Shown here: positions 58,789 through 64,000 of the stretch, in pieces
How the letters are laid out: each line of letters opens with the position of its first letter
How positions within the stretch are numbered: the stretch's first letter is position 1
Assembly: GCA_009602735.1 (NCBI GenBank)
Contig: WELA01001340.1
Coordinates: forward strand, 110,711 to 174,710
Direction of reading: 5' to 3'
Source: Mesotaenium endlicherianum
Taxonomy: Eukaryota
Length of the DNA: 64,000 nt
Notes under the pieces: generated by a model
The model's database searches: none
The model's input: only the letters and a program-made list of their open reading frames with translations
What the model was told of the DNA's origin: nothing
Translations under genes and position numbers: made by a program

Positions 58789-61230
58789 GCTGGCACGCAT
58801 CGCAACTCCTGATCCACTCCTCGATGTCCTTGTCCATATTTCTCCAGTAGTATTCCCACTTTAGCACGCTTGCCGTCTTCTCGCTTCCAAAGTGTCCAGC
58901 ATATAAGCAATCATGATGCTCCGCAAGTAGTAAGTCTCGTAGCTCCTTGATGTCAGGTACCTCCACTCTGTTGGAATCACCATAATACCATATGCCGTCC
59001 TTCTTCTGCATACTCGCGTCGAACTCAGCTGCTCCACCATCAGCAAACTCTGGATCCTCCTCTTAACCTCTTTGAAGCTTCTCCTTGAAGTCCATATTCT
59101 CCTTGATGACTGAGACAACTGCAAGGTCACACCTCCTGGATAAAGCGTCTGCAGGGTTGATCTTCCCAGGTAAGTACTCAATCTTGTGGTCGAACTGTTG
59201 CAGAAACTCCATCCACCTTGCCTGTCTTGGTGTCAACGTTGGTTGCGTCATAAACCTCTCCAAGCTCTTGTGGTCGGTCTTGATGAACACCTTCCGGCCG
59301 TCCACATAACATCGCCAAATCCTCAAAGCCTGGATAATAGCCAACATCTCCCGCTCGTGTGCTGCATAGTTTTGCTCAGCGGGACTCAACTTCCTGCTCT
59401 CATATGCCACAGGTTGCAATCCTTTGCCTTGGTCCTGGAGAAGAATGGCCCCCACTGCAAACTTTGACGCGTCTGTGATGATGGTGAAAGGAAGCTCTGG
59501 ACTGGCAATTGCCAACACAGGTGCCTGTGTCAACAGCTCCTTAATCTTCTCAAAGGCTTGCTGCTCCTTGTCACCCCATAGCCACTTCTCCTGCTTCTTC
59601 AACATGTCCGTCAGCGGTGCACACACCTCGGCAAATCCTTCAATGAAACGTCGATAATAATTCGCCATGTTGAGGAAACTCCTGAGTTGATGAATATCAG
59701 CAGGCACCGGCCAATCTCTGACTGCTTGCACCTTCTTCTGCTCCACCTTGACTCCTTCAGCTCCCACTATGTGTCCAAGAAACTCCACCTCCTTGAGACT
59801 GAAGTCGCACTTGCTCATCTTCCCATACAGCTTCTGATCTCTCAAGACCTCCAACACCTTCCTCAGATGCTCCACATGCTCTTCCAAGGTCTTCGAATAG
59901 ATCAGGATGTCGTCCAAAAATACCACCACAAACTGGTCCAAATAGGGTCTGAAGATACTATTCATGAGTCCCATGAATGTAGCAGTTGCATTGGTCAATC
60001 CAAAAGGCATGACTGTGAACTCGAACAAACCATAGCGAGTTTTGAAAGCAGTCTTCTGATCATCTCCTTCCGCAATCCGTACGTGGTGATAGCCACTCCT
60101 CAAATTGATCTTTGAGAAATACTTTGCCCCGACAAGCCTGTCAATCAACTCGTCCACTCGTGGAAGTGGGTACCTATTCTTGATGGTGACCTTGTTGAGA
60201 GCCCGATAGTCGACACACATCCTCATAGTCTCATCCTTCTTCTTCACAAATAAGACTGGCGCTGCAAATGGAGACTCGCTGGGTCGGATGAATCCCTTCT
60301 CCAACAACTCTGTCAGCTGCTTCTTCGTCTCGTCCAACTCCGCAAACGATTGACGATAGGCGGGTCTTACTGGTGGCTTGCTCCCTGGTTCCAACTTGAT
60401 CTTGTGCTCCATAGCTCTCTGTGGAGGTAATCCTGGAGGTAGCTCCTCAGGAAATACGCTCTTGAACTCCTCCAACAGCGCCTTAATTTGGGCAGGCATC
60501 CCAGTGGCTTCTTCTCTTGAGCAGTTGGGCTCTGCTCCTTCTGAGCAAGGGGATCAGACACCACTACTTGCTCCTCCGACGATGTACATTCGCCCAGGCT
60601 GTTAGGATTCACGCTTGCTCCATCTGATGACCTGGCCAGGGCCACCGAAACAAGGTACATCTCCTTCACCTGATTCGCCCTGCATAGCTTCTTAACTTGC
60701 AGGCTCGACAGAAGACAGTTACTTGTGGTCGTATCTACCTCCACCTGTTTCGCTGTCTCCATTCGACCATCACGCCCTTGGACTTTCACTTGTCCTGTGC
60801 TCCAGTGCACTTGAGGGTTGGCTTTTCTCAGCCATGGTCGGCCCAATATTACCTCATGGTGACCTAACTCTGCCTGCTCCATAACTTCAGTACTCTGGTG
60901 CCCCGCTATGTCCACGTGAATAGCTTCCGTAGGTGCACCACACTTGAGTCTCTGTCCATTCGCCAAAATTGCCTCCTTAGGCTCATAATGCTTTTGCACA
61001 GGGATTCGCCACTCTTTCACCAGCTTCTTGTGCACAAAATTTGCACTTGTGCCACTGTCAACCATACACTTCGCCTTGTTGCCGTCAACCACTCCTTTCA
61101 CGATGATAGGCTTGTCAACATCTCGTCTTTCGCTTCTTGGCAGGCTCCTGGGGATAACCTCCTTGTGAGTTCTCGTCTTCACGCCAATAGACACCCCAGA
61201 ACGACTTACTGGCGTCCTCCTTTTTCGAGC
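58789..61230 (-). pseudogene. pol: Element B pol 5' part (protease, RT, RNase H, start of integrase), with frameshifts
   Basis: Track ORFs 60367-61290, 59063-60499 and 58694-59011 are consecutive pol pieces in different frames. Confidence 0.92.
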
Positions 61231-62237
61231 TGTTGAGGTTGTTTCGCCTTCACATAACAGTCTCGAGCCAGATGTCCAAGCTTGCCGCAATTATAGCAGG
61301 GTCCTCTCGGCTTGAGATTTTGCTGCCTGCGCTGGTACTGCACAAGTCCCAACTCCATAGGTACTGGGCCTTGTCCACTCGTGCTTGGCGCTTGAGATCC
61401 AAAGTGTCGATATCCTCCAAAGTTGTGGCTGCCCCACTGCCTCTGACTATACTCCACAGCGTCGACCCTTGTTGCCAATGCCATCATTTCTCCAAGACTA
61501 GTAGGGTCCTTGAGCGCCACTTCCTTGGCCACAGTTGGCTTGAGTCCCCTCTTGAACTTGTCCATCATCTCCGACTCGTGCATGGATGGACATTGAAGCA
61601 CCAGCTCGTTGAAGCGCGATACATACTCTTGAACGCTTGCTCGTTGACGAAGGCGCACCAATAGATCTCGAGCGGTAGCCTCGGGTGCAATAGGTTGAAA
61701 TTGCCTCTTCAAGCCTTCAAATAGCTGATCAACAGTAGCAGGAACTCCAGACAGCTGCTCTTCTCGTTCATACCAAGCTCCAGCACTCTTCTGCAGCAAA
61801 GTTATGACAAAGGCGACTTGCCTGTCGGGCGTGAGCGCAGAATACTCCATAAACTTCTTCACTCCAAAAATCCATTGATGAACAGGCGGCGATCCACGCT
61901 CTCCAGTATAAACTTCAGGCTTAGGTGCACGCACTCCTGATGCGGGTGGAATAACTGGTTGCACCACTGGGTTAACATGAATTGGTGGCACAACGGGTGC
62001 AGGTGCCGAACTCGTCGAAGCGGCGTTCCCCATAACAACTCGCACCATTCTCTCCACCTCCGTGCGCATATTTTGTTGAAACTGGGTGTAGACTTCTCCT
62101 CCAATTGCATTCGCCATTTGCCTCAGCATCGCCTGCATTTCTTGTTGCTCTCTGGTCATCGTTGGTGCTGCCTGCTGCCCCGCGCGCTCAACATGCTCAA
62201 CATGTTTGCCTCCTCCAGCTGCCGACTGCAACTCCAT
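61206..62237 (-). CDS. gag: Gag of element B, 343 aa
   Basis: PKPEVYTG, LRQRASVQEYVSRF, GPVPMELG and CYNCGKLGHLARDC. Confidence 0.92.
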   Translation of the reverse strand: MELQSAAGGGKHVEHVERAGQQAAPTMTREQQEMQAMLRQMANAIGGEVYTQFQQNMRTEVERMVRVVMGNAASTSSAPAPVVPPIHVNPVVQPVIPPASGVRAPKPEVYTGERGSPPVHQWIFGVKKFMEYSALTPDRQVAFVITLLQKSAGAWYEREEQLSGVPATVDQLFEGLKRQFQPIAPEATARDLLVRLRQRASVQEYVSRFNELVLQCPSMHESEMMDKFKRGLKPTVAKEVALKDPTSLGEMMALATRVDAVEYSQRQWGSHNFGGYRHFGSQAPSTSGQGPVPMELGLVQYQRRQQNLKPRGPCYNCGKLGHLARDCYVKAKQPQQLEKGGRQ

Positions 62238-62283
62238 AATATAATATGCAAACTAGCCCAACTCCGATACCAGATGAAAGGGG

Positions 62284-64000
62284 TGATATTGTCTACCCAT
62301 TCTAACCTGTAGCCCTTGTCTATAATGGACAACACATAAGATGAGTGACACCATTCCCTCCAGAAGGAGATATGATTTGCTAACCTTCTGTCCATGTCCG
62401 ACAGGGGTTCTTTGCCTTGGCTTGCTCTTCCAATTCTGATTTTGTGCCCAGCAATTTTGCTAGAGTGTCCTCCCAATCTTGTGCCCCCTCAGGGTCCTTG
62501 CTCAGAGCTGTTTGCCCTTCACCCACCAGCAACAGGATAAAAACTTTTTATCCTTCAGCACTTATGCTGTTGCTTGCCTGGCCGCCAAATTAGGCAGCTC
62601 CTTGGAGCTCCTTGTTGCACACATCCTAACATTCTATACGTAATACAATCTGTCTACTCATGAGCATACACTAAATTCCTTAAAAACAGATCTGGAAAAA
62701 ATTTTATTATAAAAAAAATTCGGCTTCTTCAGCCTGTACAAAAATTTATTCTGACTCAATATGAGTCTTCAGGAGTTGCCCTCTCTCAGGTGCCTGGCTC
62801 CGATCCATCAACAATCTGAATAAAAAATACTCTCGGACCTCACTAAGGTTGGTAACTGACTACTGCTGTAGGGTTGTAGTTCTGATGCTGCTGTTGCTGC
62901 TTCTGATTGAAGTTCACTTTTGACCGTGGTTGTGTCTGATGTTAGGGCAGTGGGTCGAAATGTGACCATCCACTCCACAAGCATAGCAATTGGGTCTGAA
63001 GTTTGGGTTCCTCTTCCTAATCGGCCTACCTCTATTGTCAGTCTTATTCTCGTTTTCTTTGTCAGCAGTAGCTTGCTTGTTCTTGTCTACCTTCAACTGA
63101 CATTTCTTCTCTAGCAGAGTTTCACTCATCTTGTCTTTCTCAGCATATTCTATTCTTTGAGCACTTCATTCACAACAGGCCATCCATGCTGATGAGCTAT
63201 CATAATTTGCATCTCACGATAGGCGAGAATGGAGATACCTTCATCCACCAATTTGTCAAGCTCTTCATCATCTTTGTTGTCCTTGGCAATCTTGATGTTG
63301 TAGAAGATCTCGGTGAGCTCTTTGCAGTTCGCCATTTGGATCTTGTTTCCTTCAGACAAGTTACCCAAAGCTGCCACATCTTGGGTCCTCTTGATTCTCT
63401 TCAACTCTCTGGCAAGGATGTTAGTCTCCGTCTTCTTCTTCTCTAGCATTTGGCCCATATTCTCCATCATGTTAGTCATGCAAAGCTGGAACTGCTCCAG
63501 TTGATTTTGAGGCACAGGCTGCTGAGACGAAGCAGCAGCAGTCTGGGTCTGCCTCGAATTGTCTGCTGCAGTGATGTAACGCCTCTTTGTCAAGTCTTTC
63601 ACTACTTCATCACGGATGCTTGCAACCAGGAATTTCAAAGCTTCATCAGAAATTACTGAACTTCCCCCTGAGGGCACCTCCTTACTACCAACAGGTGCTT
63701 TGTCTTTTGAGGCCTGGGAAGCGAGGCGCCTTGCCTCTTCTTGTTGTTCTTGAGCATTCATCGGGTTAGACTCTGAAGACTGTTGAAGAATTCTTTGGCA
63801 GAGTCTTGAATGGTGAGCGACATGAGTCTAAAAAATTCTCGTGACTAGAGGTCGACTTACTATTCTAAATGCACTAAGTACTATATTTTGCACTTGCATG
63901 CTGAGAGCTTGCACAGGGCTGGGTTACATAGTGAGGGAGAGAAGAGAGCTTCTTCTCGACTGAATTGAAAGTAAAAAGGAATAGAGTATGTGCATGAGTC
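62284..64000 (-). mobile_element. 5' part of the DIRS/PAT-like retrotransposon (gag-like ORF1 and start of RT ORF)
   Basis: ORF1 63761-62914 has one frameshift near 63150, the segment EGISILAYREMQIMIAHQHGWPVVNE and a CYACGVDGHISTHC knuckle. The RT-ORF N-terminus RLANHISFWREWCHSSYVLSIIDKGYRLEW (about 62476-62284) fits the RL..W..V...I..GY.L pattern of DIRS-type RT ORFs. Same strand as the recombinase at 44558-45219. Confidence 0.8.

Larger units (their letters stand above)
50193..62283 (-). mobile_element. Chromovirus Ty3/Gypsy element B, degenerate, split by element A' and missing all but 9 bp of its 5' LTR
   Basis: PBS TGGTATCGGAGT 62272-62261; gag 61206-62237; protease [23 protein letters not shown]; RNase H; integrase HHCC split at CDACQRN|KTPNQ; chromodomain EYEVEAIVGDR..YLVKWKGY..NTWEPE; PPT GAGGAGGGGG at about 50949-50940; 3' LTR 50193-50935. 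Confidence 0.93.

Noticed and set aside
61190..61235. Canonical -1 slippery site in element B
   Set aside because: Pol is in the -1 frame, but CTC GAA AAA GGA is not a canonical X_XXY_YYZ heptamer in this decayed copy.
1..64000. tRNA or rRNA genes
   Set aside because: None recognised by eye. The only tRNA-related sequences are the 11-12-nt primer-binding sites.

Overview
Eukaryotic, intron-rich, GC-rich DNA with many assembly gaps and (GA)n/(CA)n introns. Gene content suggests a streptophyte green alga or early-diverging plant (inference). The left 40 kb holds four host genes. (1) An alpha-glucan water dikinase on the minus strand with 28 visible exons; it runs off the left edge and its 5' end is unresolved. 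Its starch-binding CBM45-like module was tandemly duplicated with its introns. (2) A 7-exon ICMT/PEMT-family membrane methyltransferase (+) with a GC-AG intron and a His-rich insert. (3) An intronless DUF2985+PLAC8 gene (-). (4) A roughly 1700-aa low-complexity AT-hook protein (-). The right 24 kb is a transposon nest. It contains a fossil Gypsy whose integrase ends in a PHD finger, two convergent solo LTRs, and a DIRS/PAT-like tyrosine-recombinase retrotransposon split by three nested chromovirus Gypsy elements, the innermost intact and young. The most notable observations are the PHD-finger integrase, the four-layer nest with a microhomology deletion, the CBM45 duplication with a stop-containing acceptor and inverted filler, a -1 frameshift signal, and a PBS variant that predicts a non-canonical host initiator tRNA. 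All calls come from reading and translating by eye; no database searches were run.
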